A DNA stretch of 64,000 nt from Stegostoma tigrinum (lineage: Eukaryota): assembly GCF_030684315.1 (NCBI RefSeq), contig NC_081396.1:8795628-8859627 (forward strand). Direction: 5' to 3'. A program made the position numbers and the translations under genes. This document shows positions 14,086 through 25,540 of the stretch, in pieces (the first letter of the stretch is position 1; every line of letters begins with the position of its first letter). The notes under the pieces were generated by a model. The model did no database searches and was not told the origin of the DNA. It was given only the letters and a program-made list of their open reading frames with translations.

Positions 14086-14522
14086 ACAGAAATCTCTAAA
14101 ATTCCAACAGGACTAGACAGGGTAAAATGCAGGCAGAATGTTCTGGATGCCTGGAGATTCAGAACCAGGAATCACAATCTAAGGATGTGGGGTAAGCCAT
14201 TTAGGACTGAGATAAACAGAAATTTCTTCAACCAGAGAGGGGATGAACATGTGAAATTCTCTGCCATCGAAATCGGTTGAGGCCAAAATATTGCATGTTT
14301 TCAAGAAGGAGTTGGAATTAGTTCTGAGGGCTAAAGGAATCAAAGGATACAGGGAGAAAGTCAGAACAGCGTACAGAGTTGGATGATCAGCCATGATCAT
14401 ACTGAATGGCAGAGGAGGCTCACAGGACCAGATGGCCTATTCCTGCTGCTATTTTCTAAGTTTCAATGCAATATGGTTCAGTTATGGATGTGATCACCAG
14501 CAAAATCCAAACTCTGTGATGA

Positions 14523-15298
14523 TTCATGAACTCGCTGGTGTTTCAGCAGAGCAGATGAACATGTGAAAGCCTTCTCACACTCGAAGCAGGTAAATAGTCC
14601 CACCCTTGTGTGAACGAACTGGTGTATTAGCAGAGTGGATGACTAAGTGAATCCATTTCCACACACGGAGCAGACAAACGGCTTCTCCCCGGCGTGAGCC
14701 CGCGGGGGTGGCTGCAGGTGGGATAACTGAATTCATCCCTTTCCACATTCAGAGCAGGTGAACGGCCTCTCCCCAGGGTAAGCCCGCTGGTGTTTACTGA
14801 GACCAGACAACTGTCTGAACCCAGTTCCACAGTGAGAGCACCTGAATCATTTCTCTTCGATGTGAACATGTTAATTGGACATCAGTTCCTTTCAACTCTT
14901 GAAGCACTTCACACAGTCTGGACATTTGAAAGGTCTGTCATTAGTGTGAACTCGCTGGTGCCCCAACTGGTGGGATGACTGAGTGAATCCCTTCCCACAC
15001 TTGTAGCAGGTGAACTGCTTCTCTCTCGAGTAAATGCATTGGTGTAGCAGCAGACTGGACGACTGAGTGAATCCCTTTCCACATTTGGAGCAGATGACTG
15101 GCCTCTCCCCAGTGTGACTGCCCCGATGAGCTTCCAGCTCAGATGGAGCTCAGTATCGCTTCCCACATTCCCCATATTTCCATAGCTTCATCCCTCTATT
15201 GCTACATTTATGTTGCAACAGGCCAGATGATCGGCAAAAAACCTTGCTCACTCTCATTCACATTTTCTCTCCACTGTGAATGGTGTTTCTCCTTCCAT
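14523..15298 (-). pseudogene. Frameshifted C2H2 ZNF pseudogene (~9 finger remnants)
   Basis: Family start TTTGAAAATGGAAGGAGAA at 15298; finger codons with indels and stops, no long ORF; family 3'UTR motif follows. Confidence 0.8.
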
Positions 15299-15859
15299 TT
15301 TCAAAATCTGAAGATACACTGGGGAGACTGTCTGAGCCTTATAAGATACTTGGTTCAGGTTTCCTTTTCTAATATGCTGTAAACAGCAAACCAACCTCAA
15401 ACATTCCGTAAAAGAAATTTACAAAAAAGAATCATCACTGTCATTCCAGGATTGAAATTCAGCAGAGACAAACTTTTCTCTTGGTTTGAGTTTCCTGTGC
15501 ATAAATCCTCCCCTTCTAGCCCCTGTCAAAGTAGTTTTCAAAATTTATCACCGTCTATCCAGGACAAATGTTCATAGCATCCCCTTCTCCCACTGCAGAT
15601 TGACCATTCATGCTACCTCCAGCATACTGCTCACAAGAACCTGAAACACTGCTCCTTTATGGGTCAGGAGTCCCTCGATTCCAGGATATCTCCTCGCAGT
15701 CACTGGATATTTGGGGCAGGGCATCTCATGGGTAACTGGCATCCGGACAGCAGGATGTGCCTCATTTTCTTTGCGCGCCGCTGCTCTGCCTCATCAATAT
15801 GACACTGAGTGTGAAAAGCTCATGCAGCTCGATGGACAAGTTGTCTCCATTGTCATGGC

Positions 15860-16320
15860 AAACGTTGCCCCTCAAAAAGATGTCGGATGCACATGCGCCC
15901 TGCAGGTCAGTGCCCCCAATAGAAATGCCGTCCACCTGCTGGAACCATGCCAATGCGAGGGGCCGTCTTCCCGTTTGGTGGCAACGGGAATAGGAGTTGC
16001 CTACTCCGGAACCGCACCGCTCACCCATTGCAGGTTTCCTCCTTCCGATCCGTGCATCTAGCAAACAGAAGACTCACCATCGACAGACTGGAGAAAGATG
16101 TCCACTCTGCACGTACTTTACAGAACTACGCCGCAGAAGTGCAGCGCGCACACTCCAGCTTTAGCGGCCAGGTAGATTGACAGCAGCTCCTGACCAATAG
16201 GAAGAAAGGGCAAATCTGGGGATGGCGACTCGTCCTCCAACCAATAGGAGCTAACGGGGGCGGGACTGGCGGACCACCTGTGAAGGGGGAGGAACTGACC
16301 CGAGAGGTCTATCATTGTCT
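15860..16320 (-). promoter_or_regulatory. CpG-rich promoter of the ZNF pseudogene
   Basis: Tandem CCAAT+GC-box module 16191-16275; two degenerate YY1/GGGGCA composites at 15865-15933. Confidence 0.55.
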
Positions 16321-17128
16321 GACAGTCTGCCTGATAACTCGAAAAACCAGAGACTTGCGAATGCTGGAAACTGCTGCAAGAAAAAAAAACCCCTCAGGCC
16401 TGGCAGCATCTGTGGAGCCAAAGCGGAGTTAAAGGTTTAAGGCTTCTGCTTTGTCTCCACAGATACTGCCAGACCCGTTCGGTTTTTAATCAGGAATTTC
16501 TGTTTTTGTTTGTCACCTGATCTGTGTCAAACTCAGAAGAAACTGCTCCTCTCTGTTTGAGGCTTTAAACAGAGGAAACCCCGTGGGCTGGAGCAAACAT
16601 GTGTCACTGAATTAATTCAGGGCAGACAGCAGGGATTATATGAAGAAACCACACACTGTACTGAGAACTTTGGGAGCTGGGGCCAGTTGAGAATCAGCAG
16701 TTTAGATCTGGGAGGACAGGAGGTGATATGTGGGAAAGTCAAGAAAGATAGAGGTTTGGGGTCTTGGACAAGGAGGGGCTTTAAGACATGGTTTGGCCCA
16801 GTGACTTTGCATAAGGGAGGGAAGTAGCAGAGGCAGATGATCACGACTTCCGTGACAACATAGCTCCACAAGCTCCTTGCATGTGTTGAAAATGAAGACG
16901 GGTGAGGCAAGTTGGAGGGTGAGCATTTGAAAAGGGACCAACTTAACTCAACGATATTAAAAAGACTTAACATTCTATGAATTTAAAACAAAGTTACTTT
17001 ATTTGACTGTAATCACAATATCAATCCCTATAATATACAGTGTAGTTAATAAACATCAGCAGAAAATGTATCCAAGTGAACATGACACAGGCCTGGACGT
17101 GATTAACAGCAGAATCTAATGACTCAGT

Positions 17129-18496
17129 TTACTTATGAATTTTCTGATGTTTCAGCAGGGCAGATGACCGAGTGAATCCCTTCCCACAATCTGAGCAGGT
17201 AAATGGCCTCTCCCCAGTGTGAACCCGCTGGTGTCTCAAGAGACTGCATAACTGAGTGAATGTCTTCCCACAGCTGAAGCAGATGAAAGGCTTTTCCCCA
17301 GTGTGAACTCGCCAGTGAGTCACCAGAGTAGATGACCGACTGAATCCCTTCCCGCACTGGAAGCAGGTGAATGGCCTCTCCTCACTGTGAGTACTCCGAT
17401 GTTTCAGCAGGCTGGCTAACTCAGTGAATCTCTTCCCACACTCAGAACACATGAATGGTCTCTCCCCGGTGTGAATTCGCTGGTGTATCAGCAAGGTGGA
17501 CGAGGAAGTGAATCCCTTCCCACACTGTGAACAGGTGAACGGCCTCTCCCCGGTGTGAATTCGCTGGTGTACAGTGAGGTCAGACGATCGCTTGAACCCA
17601 ATCCCACAATGAGAGCACCTGAACGGTCTCTCGTCTGTATGAACACGTTGATGGGACATAAGTTCCCCGGAACTTTTGTAGCACTTTCCACAGTCTGGGC
17701 ACTGAAAAGGTCTCTCATCAGTGTGAAGCCGCTGGTGTATCAACAGCTTGGATGACTGAGTGAATCCCTTCCCACACTCGGAGCAGGTGAACGGCCTCTC
17801 GCCTGTGTGAAGCTTCTGGTGTGTCAGCAGGGTAGATGACTGACTGAATCCCTTCCCACACTCGGAGCAGGTAAAAGGTCTTTCTCCGGTGTGAATGCGT
17901 TGGTGTCTCACTAAGTGGGATGACTGAGCGAATGCCTCCCCACACTGGGAACAGGCGAACGGTTTCTCGCCAGTGTGTACGTGCCGATGTTTCACAAGGG
18001 TCGAAGACTGTGCGAATCCTTTCCCACACTCCGAGCAGACGAACGGCCTCTCTCCGGTGTGAACTGGTTGGTGTGCGAGGAGGTCAGATGATGTTTTGAA
18101 GGCAGCCCCACAGTGAGAGCACCTGAACGGTCTCTTGTCAGTGTGAACACATCGGTGAAAAATCAGGTCCCAAGAACTTGTGAAGCATTTGGTGCAATCT
18201 GAGCATTTGAAAGGTCCCTCATCAGTGCGTCCCCAGTGTTGCGTCAGGAGGGTGGAAGAGGAAGTGAATCCCTTCCCACTGTCAGAGAAGGCGAATGGCC
18301 CCTCCCTGGCCTGACTGCACCACTGTGTTTCCAGTTTAGACAAGGATTCACCCTCATAGCCCATACATTTCCATAGCTTCTCCCCACCACAACTACATTT
18401 ATGTCCTAACTGGTCAGCTGATTGGCCAAAGCCTTGTCCACACACAAACTGTGTGTACAGTGGCTCCTCACTGCGCATGGTGCCTCCTCCTTCCAT
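17129..18496 (-). CDS. C2H2 zinc-finger protein C (455 aa; 13 intact fingers plus 3 degenerate N-terminal fingers)
   Basis: Open ORF; ATG in TTTGGACATGG context; acceptor TTTCACAG at 18588; AATAAA ~17000. Confidence 0.92.
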   Translation of the reverse strand: MEGGGTMRSEEPLYTQFVCGQGFGQSADQLGHKCSCGGEKLWKCMGYEGESLSKLETQWCSQAREGPFAFSDSGKGFTSSSTLLTQHWGRTDEGPFKCSDCTKCFTSSWDLIFHRCVHTDKRPFRCSHCGAAFKTSSDLLAHQPVHTGERPFVCSECGKGFAQSSTLVKHRHVHTGEKPFACSQCGEAFAQSSHLVRHQRIHTGERPFTCSECGKGFSQSSTLLTHQKLHTGERPFTCSECGKGFTQSSKLLIHQRLHTDERPFQCPDCGKCYKSSGELMSHQRVHTDERPFRCSHCGIGFKRSSDLTVHQRIHTGERPFTCSQCGKGFTSSSTLLIHQRIHTGERPFMCSECGKRFTELASLLKHRSTHSEERPFTCFQCGKGFSRSSTLVTHWRVHTGEKPFICFSCGKTFTQLCSLLRHQRVHTGERPFTCSDCGKGFTRSSALLKHQKIHK

Positions 18497-18950
18497 GTCC
18501 AAACTCCGATGATGTCCGGGTTACGGTAAAGCGAGCGACCTCACCAGATCCTGATGGGACATCTGGTTTGGGTTTCCTGATTACAGCCTGTGAAATCGGT
18601 TTAAAACAGGTAACAGGGAGGGCAGGGCCACACAGGGAATCGCAAACTCGTGAAAGTGAAGGGAATGCATTTAGGGGGGCTGACACTAGGAAGAAGTGAC
18701 CGTGAAAGCTGCCGGAATTGTCCCAAAAATCCAACAGGCTCACCTTCAAAAGACTGTAGCCTCCGTGACTGGGAAGACAGTAGATGGGAGAGGCAGGCAG
18801 TGGAAGAGTGTGATTTCAGTTTTACAACCCAACTACAAGATTGACTGAATCTCCTGATCCCTCAATTCCCACCTCTTGGAAAGCACCAGGGTTGCAGGTG
18901 TATGTGAATACTATCATCTCCAAGTTCCCTCCAAAGTCACACACAATCCT

Positions 18951-19167
18951 AGAAAATAAAGTGTGAAGCTGGATGAACACAGCAGGCCAAGCAGCATCTC
19001 AGGAGCACAAAAGCTGACGTTTTGGGCCTCGACCCTTCATCAGATGAAGGGTCGAGGCCCGAAACGTCAGCTTTTGTGCTCCTGAGATGCTGCTTGGCCT
19101 GCTGTGTTCATCCAGCTTCACACTTTATTATCTTGGATTCTCCAGCATCTGCAGTTCCCATTATCTC
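18951..19167. mobile_element. Near-perfect palindromic PLE-terminus element with hammerhead motif
   Basis: ~85-bp arms centred ~19042; 14-bp TSD TCACACACAATCCT (18937-18950 / 19168-19181). Confidence 0.88.
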
Positions 19168-19249
19168 TCACACACAATCCTGACGTGTTTGCCATCCACT
19201 TCTTGATCAGTGAACATTTCTTCCACTTAAATATTGGGAAGACTGAATC

Positions 19250-20630
19250 CATTGACTTCAGTCCCTGCTACAAACTTCACTAATTGCAACCCTATTACTG
19301 TTAACGAGATGACGCTGAACCAGACTGTTCACAGCCCTGGAGAAATATTTCCCACCAGGAGGAGATCCAAATAACATATCCCCATCATCACCAAAACCGC
19401 CTATTTCCACCTCAGTAACAGAGTCACAGAGTCATACAGCACAGAAACAGATGCTTCTGTCCAACCAGTCCATGCCGAACTTAATCCCAAACTAATCCAG
19501 TCCCACCTGCCCACTCCTGGCCCATATCCCTCCAAGCCTCTCTTTTCATGAACTTATCCAAATGTCTTTTAAATGTTGTAACTGTACCCACATCCACCAC
19601 TTCCTCAGGACGTTCATTCCACACACAAACCACCCTCTGTATAAAACATTTGCCCCGCATATCCTTTTTAAATCTCTCTCCTCTCACCTTAAAAATATGC
19701 CCCCTGGTTTTGAATTCCCCCATCCCAGGGAAAAGACACCTATCGTTAACCCTATCTGCATGCCTCATGATTTTATAAACCTCTATCAGGTCACCGCTCA
19801 CCTTGCTACACGCCAGAGAAACAAGTCCCAGCCCATCCAGCCTTTCTTTATAACCCAAACCTTCCAAACCTGGCAACATCCTGGTAAATCTCTTCTGAAC
19901 CCTCTCTAGTTTAATAATATCCTTCCTACAAGAGGGCAACCAGAACTGGACACAGTACACCAGAAGAGGCCTCACCAATGTCCCACCAGACTCCTCTCTC
20001 GTCTCAGCTCATCTGGTGCTGATACTGCTATCCATTCACTTGTTACCTTTAGATCTAACAATCCTAACACACTCCCAGTTGGCCTCCCACATTTAACCTC
20101 CTTTCAATCTTGAGGTCATCTGGAGGCCTGTGCATTTACCTGCCCCTCCTGTACACGCTGGTCTTCAAGATTCTGGATTAAGTAGCACCAACATTTTAAA
20201 ATTCTGAACTGATGTTTCAAAATTCCTGTCTGCCTCTGTAATTCATACCAGCCTTACAACCCTCCCCATCTTTGTAACGTCCTTCAGTCTCATGACACCC
20301 TCCCACCCCCCTCCATATCCGTAACCTCCTCCAGCCTTTGAGATGTCTCAATTCCTCTTGTTCTGTCTTCCTGAACGTTCCCAATTTTAATCTCATTGTT
20401 ACTGGTCTTCAGTTACCAAAGCCACGAGCTCTGGAATCATCCCTAAACCTTTACCTCATCTTCCTAATTTAAAATAATCTTTAAAATTTCCATCTGTGTT
20501 CCAGATTTTGGTCACCTGACCCATGATCACCATGGGGCCCTTTGTCAACTGTTGCTTTTTGAAACTTCTGTGAACAGCCTTGGCATATTCTATTATGCGA
20601 AAGGTTCTATATAAATTCAAGGTGCTGTTC
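19250..20630 (+). mobile_element. Degenerate LINE2-like 3' region, interrupted by CR1
   Basis: ITKTAYFHL..., HSLVTFRSN..N.L..GLP, TP.L..L.W L2-type C-terminal motifs. Confidence 0.55.
19420..19981 (-). mobile_element. CR1-clade LINE 3' fragment
   Basis: ORF 19481-19978 (LVYCVQFWLPSCRKDIIKLERVQKRFTRMLPG). Confidence 0.9.
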
Positions 20631-22419
20631 TTTGTATGTACATCACTGTTCCTGCATTCTCACTTTTTATACAACAGCATTGTGGGAAAACCTTCACCCC
20701 CATACACACTGCAGTTGTTCAGGAAGCTCAAACATCACCTTCTACACTGGGATATTGAATATCTGCTGAAACCTATGGAGATCGAAATACAGTCAACATT
20801 TCAGGATGTTCAGAATGAATTAAAATGGTGCAGAATTTGATGTTCAATATAAGCCCTGAAATGGACTGTAGTACAGGAAAAATAATTCATTTCTGTGAAA
20901 GATTCCACGAGAAGACAAAGCCGGTAGGATTGCAGCACACAATCGGGGATGGCCAGCAGAACAGTCTCATTTAGTCACAGTCGGTGAACGTTACACTAAA
21001 ATACCAACGCTGACTGAAACCATTATTTACTGTCACAGCAATGATAGAGTTCCTCAGGGAGGACAGGGGTGAAACACAGCAATGAATGGACATGGATTTA
21101 GATCCACAATAAATGAGGCCCAGAGCCATAGAACCTCTCAAAAAAATAACACAGGACAACTGGAAAGCTCAAGATTATAGATGAACAGTCAAAAATACTC
21201 ACCTCTGAAGTTTTACAATGTCCTCGTGGAGCTTGCAGCCAGAAGGGTGGCAGAAACACTTATAATCCCAGCCGATGTTCCTACGGGGCAGGCCAGATCC
21301 CAAAATGTAACCTGACTTGACAGATCAAATTTATTTATTTTAACTCATCATCATTCGTAGTAACATCGACGCACAGGCTGTAGGTTTACTTTAACAATAA
21401 AATCAGCGTTGCTACACAAAGGGAGAAAATAAAAACAAAATATAGAATGCAATTTTAAAGATATTAAAAGATTTCACAAAACAAGGTCTCATCTGCTAGC
21501 CAACACCATGACTTTTACAGAGCCTCATATCCTGAGAAATTCTCCTTCCATGTCAAATATTTAGTTTTGACAAACTGCTTCCCCCCTGTCCTGTGAACTG
21601 TGCAGCCTTCTCACATGAATACTCAATAAATCTGGAGTTCCACAGAAGAGGTCACCAGACCTGGAACTCTGCTTTCTCTTCAAAGATGCTGCCAGACCTG
21701 CTGAGCTTTCCCAGTAACTTCTGTTTTTGCTTCTCACATGGATACTGTAAGAACTGAAAACTTAAGACTTACTCAGGACTCAGCCTGAATACTCCGCAGA
21801 TCTCTAACCAAACACGTCCAGACTGCAAGTTTCTCCATCTAAATTTAAAACAATGTCACTGCTTTCCCTGAACTGTCTAATACTCATTTTGAGGAGAGAA
21901 TTATATTTACTTATGAACAGTCAGGTTTTCACCAGAAACTGCACTTAGAACTTTTACTCTCTGGGTTTTCCAAGCTAAAGTCAAACCTAGATTATTCTAA
22001 TGCAAAAGCAAGCTAATTACTGCACTGTTTACCCTCTCTGCCATTAATCCATAGTCACAGCAAAGATTCATTTACGCTCTAGAAAGTTGATAGTTACCTG
22101 TGTCTGTGACTTGGCTTTCTGAAACTTTTCTCAAAGTAACCAACACCTATATGCCACTAGTTCAAAATCCAAACGCTACAAATGATATTTATCCAAATCA
22201 CAAGCTCTTCATCCAAAACTGGGATCATTGAAAAATCTCTCGGTTGAGGCCACACACAGAGAGTGGAATAAAAGAATGCAGAGTATCTGGGTGTGTGCAA
22301 ACCAGTAATAACCACATATTACAATGAATATGGCACTCAGAGAATGTAGAGGTGATTCATAAAAATGGTTCAAGGAACGAGTAACTTCAGCAGCAAGATT
22401 AGGGTTTTGTTATTATGCA

Positions 22420-23070
22420 TTCATGGAATGTGAACATCGCTGGCAAGATCAGTATTTAATCTTCATCCATAACATCCCTTAAATTCAGGCATCACACAAT
22501 ACCAGATCATGACGTAACAAGTTTATTTGAAAACACAAAATTAGTCCTAACACCTGAAGAAGAGCTGAGGCTCTGAAAGTTTGTGTTTTCAAATAAACTT
22601 GTAACTTGGTATCGTGCAATTTCTGACCTTGCCCATCCCAGTCCAACACCAGCAGCTCAATGGCCTTCACTTAAAAGTGTTGGAGAGCAGCCTTCTCGAA
22701 TTGTTGCATCCATTGTGCTGTGGGGAAATGAGTTCCAGGATTGACTCAATGCAACAGTGAAGGAACAGCACTGGTACAGCTGCAATTCAGGACGGTGTAT
22801 GCCTTGGAGAAATCTGCTGGTGCTCTAGTGCTATCTTTGTCATTCTCAGTGGTAGGGGTCATGGGTTTGGGGCCCAAATGAATTACTGCAGTGCACCTTG
22901 TGGGTGGTACACCTTGCTGCCAACGTGCATTGATGGTGAAGGGAATGGATATTGATGATGGTACCAATCAAGTGGACCGGTTGATCCTGAATGGTGTCAA
23001 GTCTGTTGAGTATTGTTGGGAGCTGTACCAATTCAGTCAAGCAGACAGTACTTTGTCATCCTCCTGATCC
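22420..23070 (-). mobile_element. Degenerate LINE 3' region (same family as 28835-31260 and 57000-58100) with a PLE/hammerhead fragment at 22485-22660
   Basis: LDTIQDQ..LIG motif; CTGAAGAAGAGCTGAGGCTCTGAAAG at 22554. Confidence 0.6.
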
Positions 23071-23723
23071 CAGTGTGGGGCCCTGGTTGACAGCAGCAGC
23101 TGAAGTCTTGCGAGTGGCAGCTTGGCCTGGCATATCCGATGGAGGTCAGCTGGGGTGGTGAGGGTGGTTAGTGAGCCCAGGCGAGTCTTAGCCCAGCACG
23201 AGAAAGCTTACGCAGTGCAGGGGAGAATGAACCCTTTTGTGGGAAGCTCAACTTGGGAGGGTCTGCAGGCCTGTGGTTTAAGAAAGGACTGTAATGTTTG
23301 ACTTCTCAAACTTTATTTTTCCACTTCTGTACTAAGACTGCAGTGCTGAACTTCTGAAACTTTTTTTCTAGATCTGTAACCAAGATTTTGAACCTAAGAT
23401 GGCGCAGTTTGTGGCCACACTGTACATTTTTCACGATAATCTTGTACCCTGCAGTTGAGTACAAGTTAAATCCAAGTCTAATTTGTGCCTTGTAGATGCA
23501 GGGCAGGCACTGGGGAAATCTGAGTTGGAGACATTGAGGCTGTTCTTACAGAAAAGGATTTGGGGAGATTTGGTAGGAGTGCTACTGATAAAGCTAGATA
23601 AAACTTGTCCTTACCAGCTGATCGAGAAAGGATTACGAGACAAGATCTTCTGGCAGGAGTGTCAACATTCAAACAAGAAATTTCTTGCTGTGAATGGTAA
23701 TTACCTGAAACTAGACACTTACA

Positions 23724-23828
23724 CTAAAAAACTGCTAATGCCCTAGTCCATCTGAACCAAGTGATTCTGTCGGATTTTGACGTGATGTTCGGTTTGCGCA
23801 GCTCCTCTGCAAATCTCTTTAAACCATC
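23724..23828 (-). other. Putative non-coding 5' exon of ZNF-C (copy of the family leader module)
   Basis: Acceptor TTTCTTTTACAG, leader consensus (GATTTGCAG..AAACCGAACATCACGTCAA..GACAGAATCAC), donor GTAAGT. Confidence 0.5.
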
Positions 23829-24479
23829 CTGTAAAAGAAATTTACAAAAGTAATCACTGTCAATCCTGGATAGAGATTCATATAAGCTAAACATCTTACT
23901 CTGTGTGAGTTCATTGTGTGGGAGGTACTCCCTATTTTAAACCCTGTTAAAAGGAGTTTCCACAATCTATTCCTTTCAATCCAGAATAAAATTCACAATA
24001 TTCCATCTTTCTGGCCAAAGATGACCTCACACGCTGCCTGTGCCACACTACCCCTCGTGATTGTCAGTCCGTTGATTCAAGAATCACACTTTCTCGGCGT
24101 TATGGGTTTCTTTCCTGGGTTTTCATGTGACTGAAATGTGCCACACACCTTTGGACACCTAAGGCGGAAATGTCCTGTGAGGTAAAAGCAGAAATTGCTG
24201 GAGGAACTCAGCCGAGCAGGTAGCATCGTGAGTTCTGAAGAAGGGCCGCTGCACTCGAAACGTTAACTCTTGCTTTCTCTCCCCAGTTGCTGCCAGACCT
24301 GCGGAGTTCCTCCAGCAATTACTGTTTTTGTTTCGGATTTCCAGCATCCGTAATTTTAATGTCCCATGAAGTAGCAGAACCAGGGAGCAATATTTATTAC
24401 ATTGGGTGTGAGAGGGCCATACAGTATCATGGACCAAGTTTTGTCTCCCCTCTGAACAATGGACTAGACGCTCCTCCCA

Positions 24480-25280
24480 GTCGTTCCAAACATTGCCCCC
24501 TACAAATATGGCGGACGCACCGTCCCGTACCCCCACCTAAGATGGGGGCAAAACGCCGGGGCCTGACCTTGGGACGAAGCCTGGTGCCATTTTCCGTTTG
24601 TTGCAAACGGGGGACAGGAAGATTGTCGTTCAGCGTTTGAACTGACCCAAGACGTCTGCGGAACCTCCCCGCGCAGCCACAGCCCCATCTATCACTCCCT
24701 CCTGTCCGCCTGCTACTCATTGTTTGTAAACCAGACAAAGGGGAGACTAACCATCGGAGGCTTGGTGGGGGGGGGGTGAAAAACATGCCGACTGCACATG
24801 CGTTCTTCAGATCATTGCAGCCAGCCTCAACAGTGCCTCTTCGACAGCACTTTTGGGGGTGGGGGGAAGCGGCTGAGTGACGGCGGTTATAGGCCAATAG
24901 GAGAAGGGGGCGTGGCAGATGCCTCTGCACACCGGTCCAGACTCTCAGCCAATCAGAGTGAATGAAGGGCGGGCCTAGCGGCAAAGACAGTTTCCAGCGT
25001 CTGGACGCTGAAGGGCGATGATAAAAATGGGTAAAAGAGCACATATTGGGAGTGAAATGGAGGTAGTGCGGGCTGAAAGGTCTCGTGAATATCTGGCGCT
25101 TACCTCCAGACAGATACGACAGGCTACGGGCGACCTGTATACAGCAACCAGGCATGGGCCTCGGGCTATGATGGGCTCAGGTCTCCGCCGCCGCCACCAC
25201 AATTAAGAGCAATGATCCGTGTACGCATGAGCAGCAACCATCTTTATGTAGGAAATGTCCAACAGCGTGCATGCGCAGTT
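24480..25280. promoter_or_regulatory. CpG-island promoter, probably bidirectional (ZNF-C minus; ZNF-D plus)
   Basis: CpG-rich; CCAAT+GC module 24891-24980; YY1/GGGGCAA composites 24493-24549; NRF1-like GCATGCG sites. Confidence 0.65.
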
Positions 25281-25385
25281 TTCCTTTCAAAGTGGGTCAC
25301 CAGGAGAACATTGGTCTACTGCAAGCTCAAGAGAAATCTATATATTTTCTGGGACTTACCCCCCCCGCTTTGTCTTTTTTTTCAG

Positions 25386-25473
25386 GCATTTGAAGAGGGA
25401 ACGATTTGACAGTGTTATTTGTTTCACCACAGCCTAAATATCATCAAGCCCGTGTGGAAGGAAAAGATTTCAG
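25386..25473 (+). other. Putative non-coding exon, possibly spliced towards ZNF-D
   Basis: Strong acceptor CTTTTTTTTCAG and donor CAG/GTATGT immediately downstream of the CpG island. Confidence 0.4.
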
Positions 25474-25540
25474 GTATGTGTTGGGGCTTGAAGTGCTCCC
25501 AGATATTTACAATCCTGGTTCGACTAATCCTGTGGATTAC

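Larger units (their letters stand above)
9490..14465 (+). mobile_element. Long degenerate CR1-clade LINE (EN to RT to 3' end) carrying nested SINE/CR1 insertions
   Basis: EEEFLQCVRDGFLDQ (9870), NYRSVSLTS (11120), GKSCLTNL (11240), 3' end ~14460; colinear fragments. Confidence 0.75.

Noticed and set aside
21255-22325. Possible solo LTR
   Set aside because: Termini are not TG..CA with a matching TSD, and no internal gag/pol is present; cannot be supported
24427-25155. 242-aa ORF, and similar ORFs at 3888-4307 and 50904-51735
   Set aside because: They lie in GC-rich promoter islands where stops are rare; low-complexity R/P/G composition and no recognisable domain
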